Below are positions 30,406 to 40,819 of a stretch of 64,000 nucleotides of DNA, one piece after another (the stretch's first letter is position 1; the number at the start of each line of letters is the position of its first letter). Source of the stretch: Nitrospirota bacterium (lineage in GTDB: Bacteria > Nitrospirota > UBA9217); the NCBI GenBank assembly GCA_963818475.1, contig CAWFSF010000006.1:928001-992000 (forward strand), read 5' to 3'. The position numbers and the translations under genes were made by a program. Under the pieces are notes generated by a model that was not told where the DNA came from, searched no databases, and saw only the letters and a list, made by a program, of their open reading frames with translations.

Positions 30406-30455
30406 AGTATAGGACTAAATTAGTCCTATACTACCACAAGAAAATTGCTTGTCAA
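30406..30455 (-). promoter_or_regulatory. sigma70 promoter overlapped by a perfect 13-1-13 palindromic operator
   Basis: Minus strand TTGACA-16-TAGTAT; AGTATAGGACTAA-A-TTAGTCCTATACT at 30406..30432. Confidence 0.8.
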
Positions 30456-30551
30456 GGGAAAGTATGATGACAAGCAATTTTTGCAATTAAATGACCTTAC
30501 CTGTTCTGTATCCACGGACGGTTCATAGTGCTAACACCATGATAAACCGGA

Positions 30552-30866
30552 TTAATCCACCGGTGTCACAATCGCCATCACGACAAGTTTTTCACCTTTG
30601 TCCGCGGCAAATCCGTGAAGGACGTTGGGTTCGCAGAGGATGCAGGTCTTTTCATCTGCCTCGACCTTTTCCTCGCCCACGGTGAAGGTGCCCCTGCCTT
30701 CGACACAGTACATCATGAGCCGCAGCGGGGCTTTATGCGGATCAAGCTTCTGGCCGGCTTCCAGGCACATGAGCGCAACACGCATCTCCGGTTTGTCCGA
30801 CAGCATTTCCCGCGAGATCCGGTTGGGTGTAAACTTTATTGCTTTCTTGAGGTCGATCGTTTCCAT
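30552..30866 (-). CDS. Cupin domain protein
   Basis: LEAGQKLDPHKAP, VEGRGTFTVG, PNVLHGF. Confidence 0.88.
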   Translation of the reverse strand: METIDLKKAIKFTPNRISREMLSDKPEMRVALMCLEAGQKLDPHKAPLRLMMYCVEGRGTFTVGEEKVEADEKTCILCEPNVLHGFAADKGEKLVVMAIVTPVD

Positions 30867-30881
30867 GGGTACTCTCCTTGA

Positions 30882-30921
30882 GTGAATCGGTGAATCGGTG
30901 AATGGGTGAATGGGTGAATGG
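30882..30921. repeat. Five tandem 8-bp repeats GTGAAT(C/G)G
   Basis: Read directly; lies in cupin 5' leader. Confidence 0.85.
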
Positions 30922-30968
30922 GTGGTCAGCTTCATGGTTACATTATATCAGGAAGGGAAGAGAAGCGG

Positions 30969-30984
30969 TATGACGTGCATCATA
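30969..30984 (-). promoter_or_regulatory. CRP/FNR-family-like site TATGA-N6-TCATA at -41.5
   Basis: Centre 30976.5 relative to minus-strand TATAAT at 30947..30942. Confidence 0.6.
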
Positions 30985-30987
30985 GGG

Positions 30988-31923
30988 TTACCACCAGCGC
31001 CAGAGGGAAATGACGAAGATGATAACAAAAACGAGGGCGAGGTTCATATAGGCGAAGAGGTAGAAGAGCCGTTCGTGGAAGGGTTTTTCCGGTTTCCTTT
31101 CATCGGTGACGAGCATTCCCACCTGGGGCATGGCCAGGATTTTGTCCTCGCCATGGGGTGCGGTCTTAAGGGCCTCGGTCAGGTCGTTGCCGGCAACATG
31201 TTTCACCATATGGGCTCCGTTCTTCCAGAGCCTGTTGTTCGTCACGTTGTAGACCATGCCCTTGTAGCTGATGTAAGCCGGTCTGTTTTCTTTTCCGTCG
31301 AAATGGGAAAGTTGCTCCGGGGTTATTTCATTGGAAATGAGTGCCGCGACCGGGCTTCTCAGCTTTTGGCGCAGCCTCGGCCCGATGTAGGTGGCAGTGA
31401 TCAAAGCACTCGTGAGCATGACAAAAAACAATACTATTTTGATGCTTAAGAGAATGCCGAAGCGAGTGGTGTAAAAGGACTCAAGATTCGGCATGCGCGC
31501 AATGGTCAGGAGCGTACCGGTCACCAGGATAACGACCATGGACAGCATGCCGAGCCGGAGCTCTCCCTTGGGCAGGCCTTTGGAAGCATAAGCAGGTTTC
31601 AGCAGAAGGTGGACGTATATGATGGTCCCGAACCAGACGATGGCTGCCAGCAGGTGGAAGTAGCCGATGAAGAGCCGAACTGCGTGCTGTGTGGTCGTCA
31701 ACTGGCGGTATTGGCCCTTTGCCTTCAGTTCCGTGAGGAACTGTTCTCCCGCAGGCGTGAGATTCCCGCCGCCGATAGCGTCCACATGACATTTGCCGCA
31801 TTCAAAACCCGTCTGTTTTGCATAATCGGGTGTCGCAAGCGCGTTCGCAGGAAAGAGTAATGTGCCGGAAATAGAAATGATCAGCAGGGAGAGAAGGAAA
31901 AAGAAAAGTCGGAATAGGTTCAT
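30988..31923 (-). CDS. CopD-like membrane protein with N-terminal c-heme and C-terminal cytochrome b5-like domain
   Basis: Signal peptide, CGKCH; HLLAAIVWFG TM region; LSHFDGKENRPAYISYKG.VY.VT..W.NG.H..HVAGNDLT..APHG. Confidence 0.8.
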   Translation of the reverse strand: MNLFRLFFFLLSLLIISISGTLLFPANALATPDYAKQTGFECGKCHVDAIGGGNLTPAGEQFLTELKAKGQYRQLTTTQHAVRLFIGYFHLLAAIVWFGTIIYVHLLLKPAYASKGLPKGELRLGMLSMVVILVTGTLLTIARMPNLESFYTTRFGILLSIKIVLFFVMLTSALITATYIGPRLRQKLRSPVAALISNEITPEQLSHFDGKENRPAYISYKGMVYNVTNNRLWKNGAHMVKHVAGNDLTEALKTAPHGEDKILAMPQVGMLVTDERKPEKPFHERLFYLFAYMNLALVFVIIFVISLWRWW

Positions 31924-32106
31924 GGAACGAATTATAGATGAGCATGCGGTAAATGTAAATGTTTTTGTGAGAGCTGATTTTTCAGCATTACCTCATGATT
32001 ATTAATGCACGGGGACCGGCTCATTGTTGCGCATTGCGTTCGATCGCTGGCCATAAAAAACGAGGGCAGCAGGTTTGCATTATACTTTGTTCGCGTCAGT
32101 CCCGGA

Positions 32107-32858
32107 TTAGTATGGCCGAACCATGATCCTGGTGTGGCATTTGAGGCAAAGGTCTCCGATGTTGGTTGATTCAACAGCCAGGAGCGCCTTTCCGTTCGAA
32201 GAGTGCGGCCTATGACAGCTCAGGCATGAAAATTCTTTGTTCTGTTTCAACGGGTCGGGTCGTCCCCGTGTCGGGTGAAGGTCATTGCTTCCGTATCCTC
32301 TGCGAGGACATGCTTGCCGTCGGACTTGCCGGGATGGCAGTCAGCGCAGAGCCGTTGCACCGGTTTTTCGAGCAGTGAAGCGTTGTCCGACGCGTGCGGC
32401 GCGTGGCATGCGGTGCATTGTCCCATCGCAACAGGAGCATGTACGTTTTTTTTGGTAAAGGCGGCTTTGTCGTGGCAGGCATAGCAGAGGTACGGCATCT
32501 CGGAGTTCAGGAGCTTTGCATTTTTGCTCGCATGAGGATTGTGGCAACCGGTGCATCGTTTGCCGATGGCTGCATGGACGACCTTTCCCTTAAAGCGCGA
32601 TTGGTCATGGCACCCGTAGCACAGCTCAGGCTGCGCTGAAGAAAGCCCTTTACCGATCTTATTCATTTTCCTGTGGGGGATCACCCGTGCATCGATTGCT
32701 GAGTGGCACGTGGGGCAGCCCATGTCAAGAGCAGCATGAACGCTTTTCCCCTGCGTGATATCCCCATGGCATTGCAAACAGCCGTCTTCCGCGGAAGAGA
32801 GAGGCGCGGAGAAGAAGAGGGTTGCGAGAAGGAGGAATAAAAAGAATACCGTGCGCAT
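32107..32858 (-). CDS. Periplasmic 9-heme cytochrome c (paired CxxCH type), frameshift near 32298
   Basis: Seven CxxCH in the ORF plus CLSCH and CLKCH in the next frame, ending TAA at 32107. Confidence 0.85.
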
Positions 32859-33056
32859 GTCCTGCTTCTCCTTTATGAAAAACGTGCCAGGAAAATAACT
32901 ATGATCACAAGTCTCAGCATGTGCCGGAAACAATAACATCATCGCCTTAAAAATTCAAGCGCCTTCATCCAAAAAAACCAAAAATTAAACCAAAAATAAA
33001 TTGACATTATCAGCGTGCGGGACTAATATGCTGCGACTTAAGTATCATTCTTATAA

Positions 33057-34509
33057 ATGGGGATGTTCTTGAAAAATAATAGTATATTCTCTTGCACAGC
33101 TTTGATCCGTCTTTTTATCATCTTCTTTGCTGGTCTCGGTGTCTCTCTTTTGGGCGCCGGTTCTTTGCTCGCAGCGACCTCCGCTCAAACGCTGTCCCCG
33201 GCCGGACAGCCCACTGCAGAAAACCGGGTTGCCGTGGACGGATACCTCTCGACGCGGTATGTCTACCGGTCGGCCACGTTTCTCGATCCGGCAACGCTCA
33301 TCGACAGAACGGTGAGCGACCAGGACCTTTTCGGTGAGCTGCGTTTCGATATAAGGATGCCGAAGACCAACCGTTTCGAATTTCATTTTTTAGGTACTCT
33401 GCGAAAAGATCTTGATGGCAACAGCGATCTTACCGGTTTTTATCCTCTCGAAGATATCGGCAATACCTACCGCACCGAAACTCATGGCTACCTCTACGAT
33501 GCCCATCTCGGGATCAACGATCCGCTCCCGTTCCTGACGCAGGTGAGGGTCGGCAGGCAGGCGGGTCTGCGCGACGAGCCGGTGTTCTTTGACGGTCTCT
33601 CAACGGATATCCGTATGGGTTCCTTGCTGAGCCTCTCGCTGTATGGCGGAGCAGCAGTTCGTTTCTATGAAACAGACACGCACTGGGGTAATGATACCCT
33701 GGGCGGGGCAGGACTTGATGTTACTCCTGGACAGAATACAAAACTCAGTTTTGATTATCTCACCATAAAGAAAAAAAGCGCACTCCCCGCAACGATCGAT
33801 CAACAGGACAATATGGTTTCACTGAAACTCTGGCAGAGCATCGCATCGTTCATGAAGGCCTCGGTCAAGTACCGGTATCTTAACAGCGATCCCCGTGATG
33901 TGAGCGTTCGGGTGGTGAGCATGATCGCTCCTGCGGACATGGAACTGAACCTTAATTACTTCAAACAGTTCAGAGTGGAAAATGTCGTGGCCAACGAGCT
34001 CTCGCTCTACTACGACGTGCTGGGACAGTCCTCGCCGTTTCAGAGCTACGATGTGAAACTGCGCAAGCAACTGGGTGCGCACTACGCCGTTGACCTCGGT
34101 TACTTCAAGCGGTCTCTTCAGGAAGAGTCGCAGATAAGTTCTTTTGACCGTGATTTCAGCCGAGTCTTTATGCTGCTCGAGATCATGGACCTGCCTGCGG
34201 ACCGTGTTTCCTTTACGCTCACCGGCGAACGATGGTTTACCGAGGGGAGGGACTACCATTCAGGCGGGCTGGACATCGGCTATCGATTCAAGAACATGAA
34301 GAAAGCCGGTGTGAATGTCGGCAGCGTCTTACAGCCTGTACAAATACGATTACTACACTGAGCTTGGGTTTCGTCAGAAGGTCCAAACCTATTATATGAA
34401 CGGCAAGGTCCCGCTCGGCAAAGGCGTTTCGATCAACAGCAGCTATGAATACGAGGACAGCATCGAGAAATATCAAACGTTCAAACTGGGGATGCGTTAT
34501 GATTTTTAG
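33057..34509 (+). CDS. Outer-membrane beta-barrel (porin of a porin-cytochrome complex), frameshift near 34320
   Basis: Signal peptide, VRVGRQ, alternating aromatic strands, C-terminal MRYDF. Confidence 0.75.
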
Positions 34510-35047
34510 CGGCCAAAGGGTTAAGAAATATAGCATGATCTTGGTGGTTGCCGGGTTTGCCTTGAGCGCCAGCATCTTGTCGGGCTTGTGCGATAAATCT
34601 TTTGCTCAAACTGCTGTGAAGCCGCCTGCCGGAGCTGCAGCTGCTGTGCCGGACAAGATACCCTTTCCACGGCCGGATTCGCACAAGGGGAACTGGATAG
34701 AATATCACGGCGCGTCAGCCGGTTTAGATCTCAACGCAGGGGAGTCGACGTGCCTCACCTGCCACGAGCGGAATGATTGCATCTCGTGCCATAACACGCG
34801 GCCACCGCGGGACCATACGCAGACCTGGCGCACGCTGAGCCATGGTTTCATGGCAGAAGGGAACAGGGAACGCTGTTTCACGTGCCACAGGCAGGATTTC
34901 TGCGTGCGCTGCCATAACGAGACAGCGCCTCGCTCCCACACTGCCGGGTGGCTGGGGGGAGCGAACCTGCACTGCACCGTGTGTCATTTCAACGGCACTT
35001 TGCCTGGCGACGGCTGCGGTGTATGCCATAAAAAGCCGCCGCATTGA
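34499..35047 (+). CDS. Hexaheme cytochrome c (start may be 34535)
   Basis: CLTCH, CISCH, CFTCH, CVRCH, CTVCH, CGVCH; signal peptide. Confidence 0.88.
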   Translation: MIFSGQRVKKYSMILVVAGFALSASILSGLCDKSFAQTAVKPPAGAAAAVPDKIPFPRPDSHKGNWIEYHGASAGLDLNAGESTCLTCHERNDCISCHNTRPPRDHTQTWRTLSHGFMAEGNRERCFTCHRQDFCVRCHNETAPRSHTAGWLGGANLHCTVCHFNGTLPGDGCGVCHKKPPH

Positions 35048-35099
35048 TAATCGCGAGCTTGATGCTAACGCAGGCAGCGCGCATTTAAGGAGTGTATGC

Positions 35100-36674
35100 A
35101 TGATTAAGCCGCTATCTCGACGTCTTGTTGCTTTATTCATATGTGCGGTGACGGTTGTCGGCTGCAGTTCGAGTCCGGGGCCCGATACGATCTCCTCCGG
35201 GTCTGGCCAGAGCCAGTGCACAACCTGTCATGCTCCGGGCAGTGCGATCGACCCGCTGACGACGAACAGCACCGGGACCTTTGGCAAACATGTTGCTCAT
35301 GTAACCGGCATGGGTTTCGCCTGTGAAACGTGCCATTTCAACTATACGAATCTCAGCACCCATGCGAACGGAACGCTGGACACGACGAGCCCCGCTGTTC
35401 TCGTTGTTTATTTCGACACGTCTAACCCCACGGGGGGCTGGAACAATGCCGCGGGAACTTGCTCTTCGTTAAACTGCCATGGTACTGATGCCCTCGACTG
35501 GTACGGAACGAGTGCGGCTAATTATCAGAGCTGCACCTCGTGCCATTCCTATGCGCTCGGTGCCAGGCGCATTGTTACCGGCACAAGCGGCGATTTCCGC
35601 GCCAATCCCGCTATCGTATCCAATCATGTCACGACGACCGGAGATCCTGCTCCTGCCCAGTGCAAGGTCTGTCACGATCTGTCTGCGCATACATCCGGGA
35701 CCGTACTTCTGCTGAATTCTGACGGCGGCGCAAGTATTGTTTACAATGCGGCAGCGCCGGCAAGCCTTGAGCCGTTCTGTTTGAGCTGTCACGATACGGG
35801 TGGCGCTGCATCGACCTTTGCAGCAGGAGGGTCGTCTCTCAAGCCGTTTAACGATAATAACACCCTGGGGAGCGTGCCGAATGTTGCCGGCAACAAGATC
35901 CAATCGTATTGGGCCGGCACTAACAACCGTCACAAGACATTCGGGTTGACCTGCGCGGGGACCGGAGCAGCAATAACGGGATGCCACGGCAATAGCGGGA
36001 AGATCAATATGCATGGTTCGGTTTCAAAAGGACTTTTGACGCAGAACCTGACCTTGGGAGTGGTCTCGGCGGTTTCCACTACCGTGCCCTATGACTATGA
36101 TTACAAGCTCTGTTTTGATTGCCATGCCAATTTTCTGGCAGTCTCTCCGCAGGTGGTTCTGGGCTACAAAAAAGGCGGCAATTACGACGTCACTGGGGTG
36201 GTCCCGCTTACTTCGTACTCGACGTCTACAACGACGATCCAATCGTTGTTCCGGGACCAGTATGTCGACAGTTCGCCCGGCGTACCGTTTTACAATGACT
36301 CGATCCCTCTACTGGAACCCTATGCGTATCTGCCGCTTCATAGCTATCACCTGCTCAGTGTCGTGACCAGCACCATGTTCATACCGGATGCAAATTGGAT
36401 GACGTGGAAATACCGCGGTGACGCCTCGCAGGCAGGCAGGATAACCTGCGTGACGTGCCATAATGTCCATGGCACGAACGGCCTTTCAGCCCGGAGCACC
36501 TTTGATGAGTTCGGGATCGCGAGCGCGGTATCGGGACCGGACCAGTACAGCACCATGCCCTTGAATAATTATAACGATGCCACGGTCATGGTGTCCTATC
36601 CCATGAACTGCGCTGTTGATTGTCATTATATGGCAGGCCAGACCTTTTATTGGAACACTCCTGCTAATGAGTAA
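35100..36674 (+). CDS. Multiheme lipoprotein cytochrome c (CxxCH/CxxxxCH type)
   Basis: Lipobox VVGC; seven CxxCH plus CSSLNCH, CAVDCH and a long-spaced CAGTGAAITGCH; RBS AAGGAG. Confidence 0.88.
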   Translation: MIKPLSRRLVALFICAVTVVGCSSSPGPDTISSGSGQSQCTTCHAPGSAIDPLTTNSTGTFGKHVAHVTGMGFACETCHFNYTNLSTHANGTLDTTSPAVLVVYFDTSNPTGGWNNAAGTCSSLNCHGTDALDWYGTSAANYQSCTSCHSYALGARRIVTGTSGDFRANPAIVSNHVTTTGDPAPAQCKVCHDLSAHTSGTVLLLNSDGGASIVYNAAAPASLEPFCLSCHDTGGAASTFAAGGSSLKPFNDNNTLGSVPNVAGNKIQSYWAGTNNRHKTFGLTCAGTGAAITGCHGNSGKINMHGSVSKGLLTQNLTLGVVSAVSTTVPYDYDYKLCFDCHANFLAVSPQVVLGYKKGGNYDVTGVVPLTSYSTSTTTIQSLFRDQYVDSSPGVPFYNDSIPLLEPYAYLPLHSYHLLSVVTSTMFIPDANWMTWKYRGDASQAGRITCVTCHNVHGTNGLSARSTFDEFGIASAVSGPDQYSTMPLNNYNDATVMVSYPMNCAVDCHYMAGQTFYWNTPANE

Positions 36675-36782
36675 CGACGCCAGAATGAACAGCGGAAAAA
36701 CGACATGGCTATGAACGGCTTAAAGTGTAACCCATGTCCCTGAACTCTTTTGTTACCTATGTCCTTGACTCGTACACACCGG

Positions 36783-36900
36783 GCGAAAATTCTTAACGCC
36801 AGGCTCGGTCGTCCTCGGTACATTTCGGAAACTCGCCCTTCGGATTCAGAAAGTCCGAAATGCTTTACCCTCGGACTCGGTCGCCTGGCTAAATTTTCGC
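36783..36900. repeat. Long imperfect hairpin between convergent genes
   Basis: Nested pairs GCGAAAATT/AATTTTCGC, GCCAGG/CCTGGC, GGTA/TACC, CATTTCGGA/TCCGAAATG. Confidence 0.65.
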
Positions 36901-36930
36901 ATGGAAACCATGCAAGAAGCAACTACCCTT

Positions 36931-37782
36931 TTATGCCTGTTCCCGCCATTTTACCGCAGTCGTGACCCACTTGTCGTCAACATGTCTTTCCATTAGTTCA
37001 AGCCCCGCCAGCTTCATAGCTGCAGTAACCTCCTCATCCTGTCCGGTGAGCATGCCGGAGAGCACGGCAATGCCCGACGGAGCTAAATGCGCGGCAATGT
37101 CCGGCGCAAGCTTGATCAGCACCAGGGATATAAGGTTCGCGGCGATAAGATCATACTGGCCGGGAACGTCAGCCACGCTGCCGCTCCGTATCTCCACCTG
37201 TTCCGTCTTGTTCACTATGCAATTCTTGATCGCCGCGTCCACGGCAAGCTGATCGGTGTCCACGCCAAGGACCTCTTTAAATCCGAGCTTTACCGCTGCT
37301 ATGGCGAGTATCCCTGTGCCCGTTCCGATGTCCAGGAACCGTTCCTGTTTTGTCCGGGGCGCGAGGCGTTCCATGAGCAGCAGGCATGACCGCGTGGTCC
37401 CGTGGTGGCCGGTGCCGAAGGCCATGGCCGGGTCGACGATAAGATTGATCCTGCCGTCCTTCGGCTGTTCCCAGGGCGGCAGCACGGTAAAGCGTTCGCC
37501 GATATCGATGGCAGTAAACGACCTCTGCCAGGTGGCGTTCCAGTCCTGGTCCGGCACAAGAACATGGCTGAACGAGACGTGCTCCCTGCCGGAGGAGTCG
37601 AGGAGCGCCTGTATCACGCTTAACTCGCTTGTTATGGTGTCGATATCCGCCGTGTGCGGGAAATACGCGATCATCGCAGTTCGCTGTTCGATCACACCGA
37701 GGGTGCCGAGTTCGGAGAGCTTCTGGACCAGTGCGTCTTTATGGGCGTCGGGTATGTGGATGGTAAACTCGTAAAAGGGCAC
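36931..37782 (-). CDS. prmA: Ribosomal protein L11 methyltransferase
   Basis: DQDWNATW, VLPPW, DPAMAFGTGHHGTT, LDIGTGTGILAI, ANL, LSGML. Confidence 0.95.
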   Translation of the reverse strand: MPFYEFTIHIPDAHKDALVQKLSELGTLGVIEQRTAMIAYFPHTADIDTITSELSVIQALLDSSGREHVSFSHVLVPDQDWNATWQRSFTAIDIGERFTVLPPWEQPKDGRINLIVDPAMAFGTGHHGTTRSCLLLMERLAPRTKQERFLDIGTGTGILAIAAVKLGFKEVLGVDTDQLAVDAAIKNCIVNKTEQVEIRSGSVADVPGQYDLIAANLISLVLIKLAPDIAAHLAPSGIAVLSGMLTGQDEEVTAAMKLAGLELMERHVDDKWVTTAVKWREQA

Positions 37783-37840
37783 GGGCAGGCCTTTCTTGTG
37801 CGGTTTCAGAGATTAATCGTGGCCATTGTAACAGGCAGCT

Positions 37841-37891
37841 GCAGGATCTGTCAATCAGCGTATCTTTCTGTGATTCAGTGTGATATTTCCC
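37841..37891. repeat. Direct repeat A (overlaps prmA promoter); second copy at 50832..50876
   Basis: 27-bp identity GCAGGATCTGTCAATCAGCGTATCTTT plus TTCAG(T/C)GTGATATTTCCC; minus strand TTGACA-18-TACAAT. Confidence 0.85.
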
Positions 37892-38249
37892 GGACAAGCC
37901 GGAACCCAAAACGAGACATAGTCTAAGCATTTCTCCGAAATGCCCCTAAGGATTATTGACAAAGCCCTGCAGTATATATAAGCTTATACGAAAGTATAAC
38001 TGGAATTCAAAAAAAATAAACGCCATTAACACGAAAGCATTTGATTTCAGAACAAGCGCGAAACATTACTGAATGTAGCTACCGTGAAACTTATTGTGTC
38101 GAATTGTACCGCATCCATCTCAGTGTGTGTCTGAAGTGACTCTCTCGCGTGGTCAACAACTTATAACTCCGATCGGAAGTAAATAGAAGCGGATAAAATT
38201 GATACATTTACGGCCTGACCTCCTGAGTTTTATCAATTGAGGAACAGCC

Positions 38250-39642
38250 ATGAGCAAGGTTTGGTACAATTTTTTCGAATGCAATGCCGCTTCGCGAGAT
38301 ATCCTTAGAAAGGATGTCATTGAATATCTCGTGCAGTCGGGCATAGAGATGCTCGAACTTGATCATGATAATCAGTGTGGAATTGGACTTCTTTTTTTTC
38401 ATGAGTTCTCGGATCGGCTGTGTAAATTCATAGGAGATGTCAGCCGGAACGGCATCAGGAGGGTGCTCTGCGCTCGCTTATGCCCGGTCCGCGTTAGAGA
38501 GCGATAATCCCTGGAAATTGCTGCAAGCAGGCGTTTCCGATGTCATTGCTCTCGATTCCTCAGTCGATATCTCGGAAAAGATAAGCACGCGCCTTGAACG
38601 CTGGATCGCAGTAGAGCATCTGATCGATAGCCCCGCGGTCTGCGAATCCCTTATCGGACAAAGCCCGGCATGGCGGTCGGTATTGCGGCAAGTTGTTGAA
38701 GTCGCGCACTTTACCGATTCAGCGGTATTGATCACCGGGGAAACCGGAACCGGCAAGGAGCTTGCTGCGCGTCTGATCCACACCGTCGATCCCAGGAAGG
38801 ACAAGGGCGACCTCGTCATTCTTGACTGTACGACCATTGTCCCGGAATTGTCCGGCAGCGAGTTCTTCGGCCACGAACGCGGCGCCTTCACGGGCGCCGT
38901 CGCATCGCGCGACGGCGCCTTTGCGATGGCAAATAACGGGACATTGTTCCTTGATGAGGTGGGAGAGTTACCTCTTAAGCTGCAGGCGCAGTTGCTTCGG
39001 GTAGTGCAGGAAAAGACATTCAAGCGCGTTGGAGGGAATGCCTGGCATTCCACGAACTTCAGGCTCGTTTGTGCAACAAACAAGGACTTGACGAAGGAGG
39101 TTCAACGCGGTGAGTTCCGCAGCGACCTGTATTACCGAATCGCCAACTGGACCTGCACGCTGCCGCCGCTGCGGGACCGGAGCGAGGATATCCTTCCTCT
39201 GGCCCGTCATTTTATAAGCGAACTGACCACTGGGAAAGATATGCCCGAACTGGACAAACTCGTTCGTGAATGCCTGCTCGTGCGAACGTATCCCGGCAAT
39301 GTGAGGGACCTGAAACAGCTTATTTCCAGGATCATGTGCAGATATACGGGAAAGGGGATGATCACCGTGGGAGACATCCCCGAGGAAGAACGGCCGCATG
39401 GAGCGATCAGCTCTGCTACCTGGTGCGACGGCCAAATGGAAAATACCATCCGCCAGGCATTGCTCCAGAATGTAGGGCTGAGAGAGATCCGCGGCGTCGT
39501 GGAAAAAACCGCCATTGATATGGCCATCAATGAGGCTGACGGCAATCTGCAGCGCGCGGCCAAAAAACTGGGCGTGACCGATCGTGCGTTGCAGCTGAGG
39601 CGTGCAGCGGATCGCTCCCGACTGGAAACGGGGACAAACTGA
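38250..39642 (+). CDS. sigma-54-dependent transcriptional activator (bEBP), frameshift near 38469
   Basis: ITGETGTGKEL, SEFFGHERGAFTGA, LFLDEVGEL, FRSDLYYR, YPGNVRDL, C-terminal HTH; atypical N-terminal domain. Confidence 0.92.
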
Positions 39643-39692
39643 TGCTGCGCGACACATCAGGCGGAGTGGCGAAAGCCGTTGCGGACCTGTTG

Positions 39693-40463
39693 TTATCGTT
39701 GGATACGCGCCGGATGTCTTGGGTGAGAACCTGCGATCAGACGCATGATATTGCCGCCGAGGACATTGTCTTCATCCGATCTCGACAATTTCAGTGCATA
39801 TATCTTCTCCATTTCAACTTCGGGATGGAGCCAGGGGCCGTCGGTTCCGAACAATATCTTATGTGGCCCGGCCTGATAAACTGCTGCTTTAAGCTGATCA
39901 AAGAACCTTACGCCTGACGTATCGGTAATAATATTCGGATATCTTGACAAAAGTTCAATGAACATTCTCTGCACTCTTGAATCGTCATTAAATGTCCCGA
40001 GATGGGGGATGATGAAGGTCACGTCCGGATACTCGGAGGCCAAAGTTGGAATGATGGCTACTTCTCCCATGATGTCATACAGCACGGGTAGCGACAGCGC
40101 CCGGGCAGTCTCGCAGACTTCTCTTGTTATGACGGCGTCACGGCGGTGAACCTTGATGCCGCAAAATCCGTATTCTACGACAGTTTCCTTTACCATCCGG
40201 TGTATTCTTCCCCTGTCGCGAAACGCATGAACGAATGCAAAGCCGTAGAATCGGACAGGATCCCGCGCAATAATGCCCGCGACCTTCCTGTTCGCGGTCT
40301 GATAGTCCGAATGGAAAGGCGAGAAGAGGATGGTTCGGGCGATGCCGGCTTCTGATGCGCGCTGCAGATACCGCTCAAGCGGCAAATTTAATTGTCCTGG
40401 ATCTGTAAAATCCGCTCCAGTGCCGGCATGGCAGTGGGAATCAATGATTAGTGTCGGTTCCAT
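39693..40463 (-). CDS. Amidohydrolase_2 family metal-dependent hydrolase
   Basis: IIDSHCHAG, GIKVH, FIIPHLG, DTSG, KILFGTDGPW. Confidence 0.88.
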   Translation of the reverse strand: MEPTLIIDSHCHAGTGADFTDPGQLNLPLERYLQRASEAGIARTILFSPFHSDYQTANRKVAGIIARDPVRFYGFAFVHAFRDRGRIHRMVKETVVEYGFCGIKVHRRDAVITREVCETARALSLPVLYDIMGEVAIIPTLASEYPDVTFIIPHLGTFNDDSRVQRMFIELLSRYPNIITDTSGVRFFDQLKAAVYQAGPHKILFGTDGPWLHPEVEMEKIYALKLSRSDEDNVLGGNIMRLIAGSHPRHPARIQR

Positions 40464-40492
40464 AGAAAACGGGCGCTATCCTTCTGCGGTCG

Positions 40493-40793
40493 TCCCTGAA
40501 TGGAGGTCCCGCTTCGGTCCTGATACCTCTCTTCCAATTGAGAGCGCCGCGCAGGGAACATGATCGCAGGCCGGTCGGGAGCAGGAATGGCGGTGTCGCT
40601 AATAACGGCGACATCCGCCGCGAGCATCTCTGCGTTATCGTTCAGAAAAGAGCGCAAATTGGGGCTGCCGATCGCTTCCTCACCCTCAAAAATACATCTG
40701 ATGTTGACCGGGAGCCGACCGGATCGTCCGGAGATACGACTCGATCGCCTTTACGTGGCAGAACAATTGTCCCTTGTCGTCTGATGAACCACG
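40493..40793 (-). pseudogene. Internal fragment of an M20 dipeptidase
   Basis: RGSSDDKGQ, FEGEEAIGSP, ADVAVISDT, GPKRDLHSG in shifting frames; both ends missing. Confidence 0.8.
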
Positions 40794-40819
40794 TCTGTAA
40801 AGGTAATTATCATGATACT

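Noticed and set aside
34842-35099. N-terminal extension of the 610-aa ORF
   Set aside because: Overlaps the hexaheme gene; RBS and lipoprotein signal indicate start at 35100
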